Part shown: positions 9,333-17,953 of the stretch, piece after piece
Numbering within the stretch: the first letter of the stretch is position 1
Layout of the letters: each line of letters starts with the position of its first letter
Assembly: GCA_005881215.1 (NCBI GenBank)
Contig: VBDZ01000008.1
Location: 2,275 to 66,274, forward strand
Length of the DNA: 64,000 bases
Reading direction: 5' to 3'
Source: Chloroflexota bacterium
Lineage (GTDB): Bacteria; Chloroflexota; Dormibacteria; CF-121
Notes under the pieces: generated by a model
What the model was told of the DNA's origin: nothing
The model's database searches: none
Seen by the model: the letters and a program-made list of their open reading frames with translations, nothing else
Translations under genes and position numbers: made by a program

Positions 9333-10147
9333 GCCATCCATCGGCAGTCAGGATCTTTCTGAAGACGATCGTCGCCCGCGCCTTTCCACGCTTCGTTGGG
9401 TCGTATCGCAACCGGACGTGGATCGTCACCGAGACCCTGCTCCCCCTGATCGGGACGATCGCCATGATTTACGTCTACCGAGCACTGCACGCGCCCGCCC
9501 GCTATCTCGGCTTCGTCGTGCTGGGCGGGGTGCTGCTGGCCTTCTGGCAGAACGTGATCTGGGCGATGGCCACCCAATTCTTCTGGGACCGGGGCCAGGG
9601 AAATCTCGAGCTGTTCGCCATGGCGCCGACCAGCCTGGCGGCCATTCTGCTGGGCATGGCGCTCGGCGGGGCCTATCTCAGCTTGACCCGGGCGGTGACC
9701 GTGCTAATCGTCGTCTCCGTTTTGTTCGGGGTCGCCTATTCGACCTCGGGCATCTTGCCGGCCCTGGGCGTGTTCATCCTGACGATCTGCGCGCTTTACT
9801 GCCTCGGGATGCTGCTCGCCAGCGTCTTCCTTTTCTACCACCGGGAGGCCTGGCACCTGGCAGACGCGCTGCAGGAGCCGATTTACTTTCTCAGCGGTTT
9901 CTACTTCCCCATCCGGAGCCTCGGCGCATTTGTCGGCGGCGTGGGGTCGCTAATCCCGCTGACCCTTGGGTTAGACGCCATCCGCCAGCTCATCTTGCCT
10001 GGTACCCCGCAATTCATCCCGCTCCACTGGGAGATCGTGGCCGTGGTTGGCCAGATCGTCCTGTATGCGGTCCTCTCGCAGGTGAGCCTGCGGTATCTCG
10101 AGCGGCTGGCGCGCCAGGATGCCCGACTCATCCTGAGGTCGACATGA
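9329..10147 (+). CDS. ABC-2 type transporter permease
   Basis: In-frame part of ORF 8663..10147. ATG 9329 overlaps the ATPase stop (ATGA). Polytopic: MSHPSAVRIFLKTIVARAF.... Confidence 0.8.
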   Translation: MSHPSAVRIFLKTIVARAFPRFVGSYRNRTWIVTETLLPLIGTIAMIYVYRALHAPARYLGFVVLGGVLLAFWQNVIWAMATQFFWDRGQGNLELFAMAPTSLAAILLGMALGGAYLSLTRAVTVLIVVSVLFGVAYSTSGILPALGVFILTICALYCLGMLLASVFLFYHREAWHLADALQEPIYFLSGFYFPIRSLGAFVGGVGSLIPLTLGLDAIRQLILPGTPQFIPLHWEIVAVVGQIVLYAVLSQVSLRYLERLARQDARLILRST

Positions 10148-10995
10148 TCGCGACGATCGCCCAGTGGCGCGGCTTCAAGGCCGCGACCTGGCTTGGTTGG
10201 GAGATCTCGAGCAACTGGACCCGGCCGCTGATGTTCCTGATCTATTCCGTCCTCCGGCCGATTTCCGCGGCGTTCATCCTGGTGGTGATGTATCGCGTCA
10301 TCAGCGGCCGCGCGCCCGGCACCACCGACTACCTGGCTTTCCTGGTCAGCGGCGTAGCCTTCTGGTCGTTCGTTCAGTACGGGTTCGCCGGGCTCAGCAA
10401 CGGCATGGCGGAAGACCGCGGCGAGTACCGGATGTTGAAGTACGTCTACACCAGCCCGGTCGACTTCTATCTCTACCTGTTCGGCCGAGGCCTGGCGCAG
10501 CTGGCCAGCGCGGTCGCGTCGGCCCTGATCGTGCTGGTCGTCGCCACTATCGCGCTCAGCTTGCCGATCGACCCGCTGCGCGTCAACTACCCACTGCTGG
10601 TCGTCGGGTCGGTCCTGGCGCTGGCGGCCGTGATCGGCATGGCGATGGCCTACGGGTTCCTGCAGCTCCAGGCCGTCGATGCCCATGGCTACGGGGAGCT
10701 CGGCGCCAGCGTCCTGTACGTAATCTCGGGGGCGATCTTCCCCATCACCGTGCTGCCCGGCATCCTGGCGACGATCGCCAGCCTGTCGCCACTGGTCTAC
10801 TGGATGGAGCTGATCCGTCGCAGCCTGCTCGGGTCGCACGCCATCCGAATGTTTCCCACGCTGTCCGACGCCGATGTCCTCTTGCGGCTGGTGGTCACCA
10901 CGGTAGCCACGCTCCTCCTGGCTCACCTGGTCTTCAGCTGGGCCGATCGCCGCGCGCGGCGGCGAGGCCTGATCGACATGGAGTCGAACTGGTAG
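10144..10995 (+). CDS. ABC-2 type transporter permease (second subunit)
   Basis: In-frame part of ORF 9418..10995. ATG 10144 overlaps the previous stop (ATGA). MIATIAQWRGFKAATWLGWEISSNW.... Confidence 0.8.
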   Translation: MIATIAQWRGFKAATWLGWEISSNWTRPLMFLIYSVLRPISAAFILVVMYRVISGRAPGTTDYLAFLVSGVAFWSFVQYGFAGLSNGMAEDRGEYRMLKYVYTSPVDFYLYLFGRGLAQLASAVASALIVLVVATIALSLPIDPLRVNYPLLVVGSVLALAAVIGMAMAYGFLQLQAVDAHGYGELGASVLYVISGAIFPITVLPGILATIASLSPLVYWMELIRRSLLGSHAIRMFPTLSDADVLLRLVVTTVATLLLAHLVFSWADRRARRRGLIDMESNW

Positions 10996-11010
10996 GCCAG
11001 GCTTCCAAAT

Positions 11011-11047
11011 CTCCCTCCCCCGCTTGCGGGGGAGGGCAGGGTGGGGG
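11011..11047 (+). repeat. Intergenic C-run/G-run hairpin repeat, copy 3
   Basis: Perfect 9-bp stem: ccctccccc (11013-11021), loop gcttgc, gggggaggg (11028-11036), then ca-GGG-t-GGGGG (to 11047). It lies between convergent stops at 10995 and 11050. Confidence 0.7.
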
Positions 11048-11049
11048 CC

Positions 11050-11460
11050 TTAGGCGGTCTGATCCTCGCTCGGCTTCAGGTCGAGCGCCAGCGAGTTGAT
11101 GCAAAAGCGCTGGCCGGTCGGTTGGGGGCCGTCATCGAAGACGTGGCCCAGGTGCGAGCCGCATCGGCGGCAGACGACCTCCGTCCGGCGCATGAACAGA
11201 CTGTTGTCGGGGCGCAGCTCGACCGCCTCGAGGTTCGCCGGCTCGTAGAAGCTCGGCCAGCCGGTGCCCGACTCGAACTTGGTTTTGGAGTTGAACAGCT
11301 CGGCGCCGCAGGCGGCGCAGGTGTAGGTGCCGTCGGTCTTGCTATGAACGTACTTGCCGCTGAACGGCCGCTCGGTCCCTTTGTGGCGCAGCACATCGTA
11401 TTGTTCGGGCGTCAGTTCCGCCCGCCACTCGGCATCGGTTTTGGAAATTTCGGTGCTCAT
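11050..11460 (-). CDS. msrB: Peptide-methionine (R)-S-oxide reductase
   Basis: 136 aa. Zn CxxC pairs ([25 protein letters not shown]) and GTGWPSF. Confidence 0.95.
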   Translation of the reverse strand: MSTEISKTDAEWRAELTPEQYDVLRHKGTERPFSGKYVHSKTDGTYTCAACGAELFNSKTKFESGTGWPSFYEPANLEAVELRPDNSLFMRRTEVVCRRCGSHLGHVFDDGPQPTGQRFCINSLALDLKPSEDQTA

Positions 11461-11561
11461 GTCCAGAGTCTACCCAGCCGCGCCGGCTGGCAACCCAACC
11501 CTATAGTGAGCGGGTCCTGACCGACTGGCTGCGCGCGCCCGACTATTGGCTGAGCCGGCTG

Positions 11562-12944
11562 GTGATCACCCGCGGGCTGGGCGTGATCTACCTGGTCGCC
11601 TTCCTGGTCGCGCTCAATCAGTTTCGCCCGCTACTCGGAGAGCGCGGCCTGCTGCCGGCGCCACGCTTCCTGAGTCGGGTCACCTTCCGGCAGGCCCCCA
11701 GCCTGTTTCACCTTCGCTACTCTGACCAACTCCTGACAGCCTCAGCCGGGCTCGGCATCGCACTGTCGGTCTTGATCGTCGTCGGGCTGATCGACGCGGC
11801 GCCCCTGCTCGTGTGGATGCTGGTCTGGTTCGTGCTCTGGGCGCTCTACCTGTCGATCGTCAACATCGGGCAGACGTTCTATGGCTTCGGCTGGGAGTCG
11901 CTCCTGCTGGAAGCCGGGTTTCTCGGGATCTTCTTCGGGCCCGCGGGGATGGCTCCCCCCTTGGTCGTCATCTGGATGTTCCGCTGGCTGCTGTTTCGGG
12001 TGGAGTTCGGCGCCGGACTGATCAAGCTCCGCGGCGACCCCTGTTGGCGGGACCTGACCTGCCTCTACTACCACCACGAGACCCAGCCGATGCCCAATCC
12101 CCTGAGCTGGTTCTTCCACAATCTGCCCAAACGGCTGCACAACGTCGAGGTGCTGGGCAACCACTTTGCGCAGCTGGTCGCGCCGATTGGCCTGGCCTTC
12201 CCGCAGCCGGTTTCGAATCTCGCCGGCGTGATCATCGTGGTGACCCAGGGCTGGCTGGTGCTCAGCGGGAATTTCTCCTGGCTCAATGCGATCACGATTG
12301 TCTGCGCGGTGGCGGCGTTTGACAACGGTGCCCTGAGCAGGGTCTTGCCGGTTCACGTTCCGGTAATGAGCGCCCCGCCCCTGTGGTACGACGGCGTCCT
12401 GATCGCCCTGACGGTGTTCATCCTGGTGCTGAGCTATCAGCCGGCTCGCAACCTGCTCTCGCGGCGACAGCTGATGAACTTCAGTTTCAACCCGTACCAC
12501 CTGGTCAACGCCTATGGCGCGTTCGGGGCGATCACCCGGGTCCGCTACGAGATCGTCATCGAAGGAACGACCGCGCCCGAACTGAACGACGCGGCGGTGT
12601 GGACCGAGTACGAGTTCAAGGGCAAACCGGGCAGACTCCGGCGCATTCCTCCCCAGGTGGCTCCCTACCATCTGCGGCTCGACTGGTTGATGTGGTTCGC
12701 GGCGATGTCGACGCCACTGGATCATCCCTGGTTCGTCCCGCTGCTGATCAAGCTGCTCGAGAACGACCAGGCTACGTTGAAGTTGCTGCGTGGCAATCCC
12801 TTTCCGCACGCTCCGCCGACCTTCGTTCGCGCGCGGCTGTATCGATACCGCTTCACCAGCTCGCGGGAGCGGCGTGAAACCGGCAACTGGTGGGTCCGCG
12901 ATCTCGCCGGCGATTACGTTCCCCCGGTCCGTCTCGCCCATTAG
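11562..12944 (+). CDS. Lipase maturation factor (LMF1-like) family membrane protein
   Basis: 460 aa from GTG 11562. Family-typical stretches: YYHHETQPMPNP, FNPYHLVNAYGAFG, LDWLMWFAAM. The frame stays open upstream to 11364 with no ATG/GTG/TTG, so a CTG start at 11517 is possible. Confidence 0.8.
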   Translation: MITRGLGVIYLVAFLVALNQFRPLLGERGLLPAPRFLSRVTFRQAPSLFHLRYSDQLLTASAGLGIALSVLIVVGLIDAAPLLVWMLVWFVLWALYLSIVNIGQTFYGFGWESLLLEAGFLGIFFGPAGMAPPLVVIWMFRWLLFRVEFGAGLIKLRGDPCWRDLTCLYYHHETQPMPNPLSWFFHNLPKRLHNVEVLGNHFAQLVAPIGLAFPQPVSNLAGVIIVVTQGWLVLSGNFSWLNAITIVCAVAAFDNGALSRVLPVHVPVMSAPPLWYDGVLIALTVFILVLSYQPARNLLSRRQLMNFSFNPYHLVNAYGAFGAITRVRYEIVIEGTTAPELNDAAVWTEYEFKGKPGRLRRIPPQVAPYHLRLDWLMWFAAMSTPLDHPWFVPLLIKLLENDQATLKLLRGNPFPHAPPTFVRARLYRYRFTSSRERRETGNWWVRDLAGDYVPPVRLAH

Positions 12945-12971
12945 CAGTCAGAGGGATCGTCGCGAGGAAGA

Positions 12972-13047
12972 TGGTGCCGAGGGCCAGAATCGAACTGGCG
13001 ACACCATGATTTTCAGTCATGTGCTCTACCGACTGAGCTACCTCGGC
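12972..13047 (-). tRNA. tRNA-Phe (GAA), CCA encoded
   Basis: Reverse complement folds as GCCGAGG-UA-GCUC-AGUCGGUA-GAGC-A-CAUGA-CUGAAAA-UCAUG-GUGUC-GCCAG-UUCGAUU-CUGGC-CCUCGGC-A-CCA. 76 nt. Confidence 0.95.
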
Positions 13048-13069
13048 ACGAGTCGGTATTCTAGCTAGC

Positions 13070-13264
13070 GTGACGCCGGTCGTCCTGGCCACCATCGCGG
13101 TCGCCCTGGTCCTCGCAGGGCTTGCCGGCTTCGTCGGGCTGCGGCTATCAACGGGCCGGGGCAGCGGCACCACGACGGTAATGGCCGTTTTCCTTCTTGC
13201 GATCACGCTCAGCCTCGTCGCGATCTTCAGCGTCACCTTCATCCGGAAAACGGTCGGGGGCTGA
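13070..13264 (+). CDS. Small hypothetical membrane protein (two predicted TM helices)
   Basis: 64 aa, GTG start. Two hydrophobic stretches; no recognisable family. Confidence 0.4.
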   Translation: MTPVVLATIAVALVLAGLAGFVGLRLSTGRGSGTTTVMAVFLLAITLSLVAIFSVTFIRKTVGG

Positions 13265-13335
13265 GTTCTGGTCGGCCGGGTTACAATCCCCGGCAGGAAG
13301 GTCAGCACCATGCGCTTTGTTTACATCCGACGCAA

Positions 13336-13650
13336 GTGGCGCTCCAAATGATGGCTTCCACCAGCGAGGGCAGCTCGCATCACGAGTTGACCACCGAACT
13401 GGCCGCGCTCGATCGCCAGCTCCGTGACCTGTCGGAGCAATGGGAGGCCGTCGAGCGCTCGATCAGCGAAAAGATCCGGCGACGTCGGGAACTCATCGCC
13501 CGGCAGGAAGAGACGAATGAGGATCATGCCGAGGAGATCAACCGGTTGCAATCCGACGTCTACGCGTTGCGCGACCGGCTCGACCAGTTACGCGATTCGC
13601 ACCTAGATTTCAGCGCGTTGTATCGAATCCTGCAGCAAGCCCGAACCTAA
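13336..13650 (+). CDS. Hypothetical coiled-coil protein
   Basis: 104 aa (or from ATG 13348). Charged heptad-like sequence ELAALDRQLRDLSEQWEAVERSISEKIRRRRELIARQEE. No family recognised. Confidence 0.45.
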   Translation: MALQMMASTSEGSSHHELTTELAALDRQLRDLSEQWEAVERSISEKIRRRRELIARQEETNEDHAEEINRLQSDVYALRDRLDQLRDSHLDFSALYRILQQART

Positions 13651-13687
13651 CGGGTGGGGCCGACCTGGTCGGGCCGGCCCCAATTCG

Positions 13688-15826
13688 CTACTCGGCTTTT
13701 CCGAACGCCTTGATTTCCTCCAGCTCCTTTGCTGTGAGCTCGCGCGGCGTCTCCCCCCGCTTGACCTTCTCAGACTGGACCTGCTGGCGGATCGTTTCGA
13801 CGATCTCTGGGTTCGCGAGCGTTGTGATGTCGCCCGGAGACGTGAAGTTGGAAATGCCCGCGATCACGCGGCGCATGATCTTCCCCGAACGTGTCTTCGG
13901 CATGTCCGGAACGATCCAGATGTTCTTGGGTCGAGCCACCTTGCCGATCAGCCTCTCGATCGCACCAGACACCTTTTCCTCGACTTGCTTGCTCGGCTTC
14001 TGCCCCGGCTTGAGCGCGATGTACATCTCTACCGCCCGACCGCGCAGCTCATCGATGACCGGGACGGCGGCGGCCTCGGCTATCTCCTCGACCGTTATTG
14101 CTGCCGATTCCAGCTCCTTGGTGCCCAGTCGATGGCCGGCCACGTTGATCACGTCGTCGACGCGCCCGAGGATCCGGTAGTAGCCGTCCTCCGCCTGCAA
14201 CGCGCCATCGCCGGCGAAGTACGGCCAATCGTGCCAGTCCTTGCTGTCCTTCTTCTTGTTGTACTTCGCGTAGTACGTCGAGACAAACCGGTCGGGATCG
14301 CCATAGACCGTCTGGAAGATGCCGGGCCAGGGGTTGCGGATACAAATGTTGCCCGCCTTCGTACTACCCTTCGGGACTGGCTTTCCCTCCTCGTCGAGGA
14401 TCACCGGGTAAATGCCAAGCACCCCCGGACCGCAACTGCCAGGCTTCATCGGTTGTAGCGCGGGCAGCGTGCTCCCAAGAAAGCCGCCGTTCTCGGTTTG
14501 CCACCAGGTATCGACGATGACGGCTTCCTGTTTGCCCACAGACTGGTAATACCAGCGCCACACCTCGGGCTCGATCGGCTCCCCCACCGTGGTCATGTGC
14601 TTGAAGTGGTAGTTGTACTTCTTCGGTTCATCCGGTCCGAGTTTGCGCAGCATTCGAATGGTCGTGGGCGCGGTGTGGAAGATGTTGACGCCGAGGCGTT
14701 CGGCGATCCGCCAGGGACGGCCGGCATCTGGATAGGTGGGAACCCCTTCGTACATGACGCTGGTGGCCGCCAGGGTCAGTGGACCGTAAACGATGTAGGA
14801 GTGACCGGTAATCCAGCCAATGTCGGCGAAGCACCAGTAGGTGTCCTCTGGATGGATGTCCTGGTAGTACTTCGAGGTGCCGGCCACGTACGACAGGTAC
14901 CCCCCGGTACTGTGCTGGGCACCCTTGGGCTTGGCCGTGGTACCGCTGGTGTACATCAGGAACAAGGGAGCCTCAGCCGGCATCGACACTGGCTCCACGA
15001 TCTTTCCCTTGTAGTCGGCGAGTAGCTCATCCACGAAGAAGTCGCGACCCTTCACCATCTCGGTCTTGGACGAGTACTTCCCGGCGTGCCGTCGCCAGAC
15101 CAGGACCTTGTCTACCTTCTGGCCTTGCTTCTCGGCCTCGGCAATAGCCTCTTCGGCCTTGACTTTGTGGTCAAGCAGCTCGCCGTTACGGTAGTAGGCG
15201 TCCATGGTGACCAGCACGGTGCTCTTCGAGTCGGCGATCCGACCACCGCAGGCCGCTCCGCTGAACCCACCGAACACCTCTGAATGGATGACGCCGAGGC
15301 GCGCGCAGGCAAGCATCGAGACCGGAAGGTCCGGGACCATCGGCAGATGGAAGGTGATGCGATCACCCTGTTTGAGCCCGCAGAAGTCGCGCAGCAGTGC
15401 AGCGAACTCATTGATGCGCTTGTAGAGCTCCTGGTAAGTGATGGCCTGCGTGACCTGGTCCTCGGGCTCCGGCACCCAGATGAACGCCGCCTTGTTGCGG
15501 TACTTCGCCAGATGCCGATCAACGCAGTTATAGGAGGCGTTAAGCCGACCTCCGACAAACCATTTCCAGAAGGGCGCGTTGCTGGTATCGAGCGTTGTGT
15601 GCCAGTACGTATCCCAGGACAGCAGATCCGCATACTCCCTGAAGCATTCAGGAAATTTCTCCTCCGTGAATCGATCGAAGATGCTGGGGTCGCTCGCATT
15701 GGCCTGGCCAATGAATTTCGCGGGAGGGACGAAGTACTCCTCTTCTCGCCAGTGGACCGCGATCTGAGATTCGGAGACCTCAACCTCTTGCGCCGCTTTC
15801 ATGACCTCATCGGTTTGGATCGTCAT
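13688..15826 (-). CDS. acs: Acetate--CoA ligase (AMP-forming acetyl-CoA synthetase)
   Basis: 712 aa. Motifs NASYNCVDRHL, the AMP-binding motif YTSGTTAKPKG, WWQTENGG and the C-terminal RTRSGKIMRR. Confidence 0.93.
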   Translation of the reverse strand: MTIQTDEVMKAAQEVEVSESQIAVHWREEEYFVPPAKFIGQANASDPSIFDRFTEEKFPECFREYADLLSWDTYWHTTLDTSNAPFWKWFVGGRLNASYNCVDRHLAKYRNKAAFIWVPEPEDQVTQAITYQELYKRINEFAALLRDFCGLKQGDRITFHLPMVPDLPVSMLACARLGVIHSEVFGGFSGAACGGRIADSKSTVLVTMDAYYRNGELLDHKVKAEEAIAEAEKQGQKVDKVLVWRRHAGKYSSKTEMVKGRDFFVDELLADYKGKIVEPVSMPAEAPLFLMYTSGTTAKPKGAQHSTGGYLSYVAGTSKYYQDIHPEDTYWCFADIGWITGHSYIVYGPLTLAATSVMYEGVPTYPDAGRPWRIAERLGVNIFHTAPTTIRMLRKLGPDEPKKYNYHFKHMTTVGEPIEPEVWRWYYQSVGKQEAVIVDTWWQTENGGFLGSTLPALQPMKPGSCGPGVLGIYPVILDEEGKPVPKGSTKAGNICIRNPWPGIFQTVYGDPDRFVSTYYAKYNKKKDSKDWHDWPYFAGDGALQAEDGYYRILGRVDDVINVAGHRLGTKELESAAITVEEIAEAAAVPVIDELRGRAVEMYIALKPGQKPSKQVEEKVSGAIERLIGKVARPKNIWIVPDMPKTRSGKIMRRVIAGISNFTSPGDITTLANPEIVETIRQQVQSEKVKRGETPRELTAKELEEIKAFGKAE

Positions 15827-15863
15827 CGCCTCATACAGCCTCCTTCAGAGAGAATCACTCGCC

Positions 15864-16490
15864 TTAGCCGCGGCGGCGACTTTCGCTCCACATCGGACGG
15901 CCAACGGGAAGGATCGCGCGCCCGGCCATCCCCGAGATCACATCGGCCGCCGACGTGTAGAAGGCGACGGCCGCCGTCAGGACGCCGACCAGGCCACCAA
16001 CCAGGATCAGCCCCTCGCCTGCCTTGCTACCGTTGAAGAACCCGATGAAGAGCAGGATCTCGGTGAGCTCGAGGGTCAGGAAGACACCGAACACGGCGGT
16101 GTTGATCCGCAGGCTCCAGAACAGCATGTAGGTGTTGAAGATCGCAAACGCCAGCAAAAACCACCCCAGAGCGTTGTTCGCATCTGCCGCGGGAGCTTTC
16201 CCGAAGACAACGAGCAGGAAATAGGTGGCCAGGCTGAGCCAGAAGGCACCGTAGGTCGAGAACGCGGTGGCCGTAAAGACATTGCCGCGCCGGAACGACC
16301 ACATGCCGGCCAAGAATTGCGCCAGACCGCCGTAGAAGAGAGCGGTGCCCACCCAAATGAAGTCCGGGGCCCAGCCCGCGTTATGGGCACTGAGCAGCAA
16401 CGTCGTCAACGCGAATCCTGCCAGCCCTAGCGGTGCCGGATCGGCAATCGCCGGGACTGCGCCCGCTCGCATTTCTTGTGCCATCGTCAT
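15864..16490 (-). CDS. satP: GPR1/FUN34/YaaH family acetate transporter
   Basis: 208 aa, six hydrophobic helices. Family motif DPAPLGLAGFALTT and YGAFWLS. AAGGAG RBS 5 nt upstream of the ATG. Lies directly upstream of acs. Confidence 0.88.
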   Translation of the reverse strand: MTMAQEMRAGAVPAIADPAPLGLAGFALTTLLLSAHNAGWAPDFIWVGTALFYGGLAQFLAGMWSFRRGNVFTATAFSTYGAFWLSLATYFLLVVFGKAPAADANNALGWFLLAFAIFNTYMLFWSLRINTAVFGVFLTLELTEILLFIGFFNGSKAGEGLILVGGLVGVLTAAVAFYTSAADVISGMAGRAILPVGRPMWSESRRRG

Positions 16491-16773
16491 TCACTCCTTA
16501 TCGTTCGTTCCTGATAGACCGAACTGATTCGTGCCGTGAGTGCGAGTCACGGCGCGTGAGGGGTGTGACCGGAGCGCGCCAACCGCGAGGGGTAGTCCGT
16601 TGCTTCCACCATCCCCTGCCGCGAGATCGAGTCAGATTCATCCTAGCGCAGCAGGAAGCGGGTCGGCTGAGGCCGGTGGGCGAGCGGTCGGCCTCTCAGC
16701 TGCCCCTCCTACCGCCAAGGCCTATCGGACGATTCCCTCTCCCGAGCCCTAAGAGGCCGCCCGCCTGACGCCG

Positions 16774-16801
16774 AGAATACGCTTTCGAACGGGGCTGTCA
16801 A
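16774..16801 (-). promoter_or_regulatory. Candidate sigma70-type promoter for satP-acs
   Basis: The minus strand reads TTGACA (16801-16796), a 16-nt spacer, then TATTCT (16779-16774). It starts 22 nt after the yceI stop and implies a leader of roughly 275 nt. Confidence 0.4.
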
Positions 16802-16822
16802 GCCACCAAATTGGCCAGGCGC

Positions 16823-17380
16823 TTAAGCGGTCGTGGTCGCCGGTTCCTTTGCCTCGACCTCGACCAGCTCGCCCTCGATCTGGATGAGGATCTCGTTACT
16901 GACGACGAACTTGCCGTCGAGCATCATCTCGAAGCGCATGCCGAAGTCCTTGCGGTTGATCTTGGTCTCGGCGGCATAGCCGATCCGGTGGCCCATCATC
17001 GGATCGTTGAATTCGCCGTACTTGACCACGTTGAGCGTCACGGGATGGGTCTCACCCTTGATCGTGAGATCGCCGGTCATCGTTCCCTTGTCCGGACTCT
17101 TCTGCTCGATCTTGGTGCTCTTGAAGAGGATCGTCGGGTACTTGCCGACCTCGAGGAAATTCGAGGAGCGCAGATCGTTGTCCCGCTGGTCGTTGTGAGT
17201 CCGAATGCTCGCTGTGTTGATCGTCACGTCGACGCTCGACCTCTCGGGTTGATCGGGAAAGAGCTGACCGGTTGCGTTGACCTCGGCGAAATGACCGCGG
17301 ACGGTCATCATTCCGAGATGCTTGGCCGAAAATTCCACTTGCAAGTGCGCGGGATCGAACTTCCAGGTAGCCATGGGCAT
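16823..17380 (-). CDS. yceI: YceI family polyisoprenoid-binding protein
   Basis: 185 aa: WKFDPAHLQVEFSAKHLGMMTVRGHF...SIRTHNDQRDNDLRS. GAGGAGG RBS. Confidence 0.88.
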   Translation of the reverse strand: MPMATWKFDPAHLQVEFSAKHLGMMTVRGHFAEVNATGQLFPDQPERSSVDVTINTASIRTHNDQRDNDLRSSNFLEVGKYPTILFKSTKIEQKSPDKGTMTGDLTIKGETHPVTLNVVKYGEFNDPMMGHRIGYAAETKINRKDFGMRFEMMLDGKFVVSNEILIQIEGELVEVEAKEPATTTA

Positions 17381-17480
17381 GCCTCCTCGAGTAATTCGGG
17401 CTCTGCTGGCGAAGCTAACACGTCGAGCTTACTTTTCGCAAGTTCCTGCAGTCTTTTGCTGGCCGCGCTACACTCCGGGT

Positions 17481-17879
17481 GTGGCGCGGAGGCCAACCGT
17501 GAGTTTGGCGGAGCGGCCGGCGGAGCAAGTGCGCGAATGCGACGAGCGGCTTTCCCAGGCGTTTGCTTTGCTCGGAAAGCGCTGGTCCGGCGTCATTGTT
17601 GGCCTGCTGCTCCAGGGCCCGGCCCGGTTTGCCGTCCTGGCCCGCACGATTCCTGGAATCAGCGAGCGTGTGCTATCCGACCGCCTGGCCGAGTTGGCCA
17701 GCGCCGGCCTGGTCGCTCGCACGGTCCTCGATGGTCCGCCGCTCGGCGTCGTTTACGAACTGACCGAGAGCGGCCGGGCGCTTGGACCCGGCCTCCTCAA
17801 GCTGGGTGAGTGGGCCGACCGCTACATGGCTCCGAAACCACGTGGCGCGACCCGACCCCTGATGAGGCGTGGGCGGTGA
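17481..17879 (+). CDS. HxlR family transcriptional regulator
   Basis: In ORF 17322..17879. The start is likely GTG 17481 or 17499, since earlier starts would overlap yceI. Motifs LLGKRWSGVIVGLLLQGPARF and GISERVLSDRLAEL. Divergent from yceI. Confidence 0.8.
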   Translation: MARRPTVSLAERPAEQVRECDERLSQAFALLGKRWSGVIVGLLLQGPARFAVLARTIPGISERVLSDRLAELASAGLVARTVLDGPPLGVVYELTESGRALGPGLLKLGEWADRYMAPKPRGATRPLMRRGR

Positions 17880-17942
17880 GAGACTCGAACTCCCGACATT
17901 CTGCGTGTAAAGCAGACGCTCTACCAGCTGAGCTAACCGCCC
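17870..17942 (-). tRNA. tRNA-Val (TAC), CCA not encoded
   Basis: Reverse complement reads GGGCGGU-UA-GCUC-AGCUGGUA-GAGC-G-UCUGC-UUUACAC-GCAGA-AUGUC-GGGAG-UUCGAGU-CUCUC-ACCGCCC-A. 73 nt. Its 3' end overlaps the hxlR stop by 10 nt on the opposite strand. Confidence 0.93.
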
Positions 17943-17953
17943 GAAGCGCCTAA

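Noticed and set aside
12945-13335. Possible integrated element next to tRNA-Phe (and next to tRNA-Val at 17870..17942)
   Set aside because: No integrase, direct repeat of the tRNA 3' end or mobile-element gene flanks either tRNA. The only neighbours are two small hypothetical ORFs.
13656-13681. GC hairpin (ggggccg...cggcccc) between the convergent stops at 13650 and 13688, as a bidirectional terminator
   Set aside because: The stem is only 7 bp with a 12-nt loop and has no T/A tracts on either side. This is too weak to call.
16498-16641. 47-codon basic ORF (MNLTRSRGRGWWKQRTT...) inside the satP leader, ending in the satP RBS
   Set aside because: It has no usable RBS (AGG abuts the ATG), poor third-position GC compared with neighbouring genes, and an Arg-rich composition typical of a random frame in GC-rich RNA structure.
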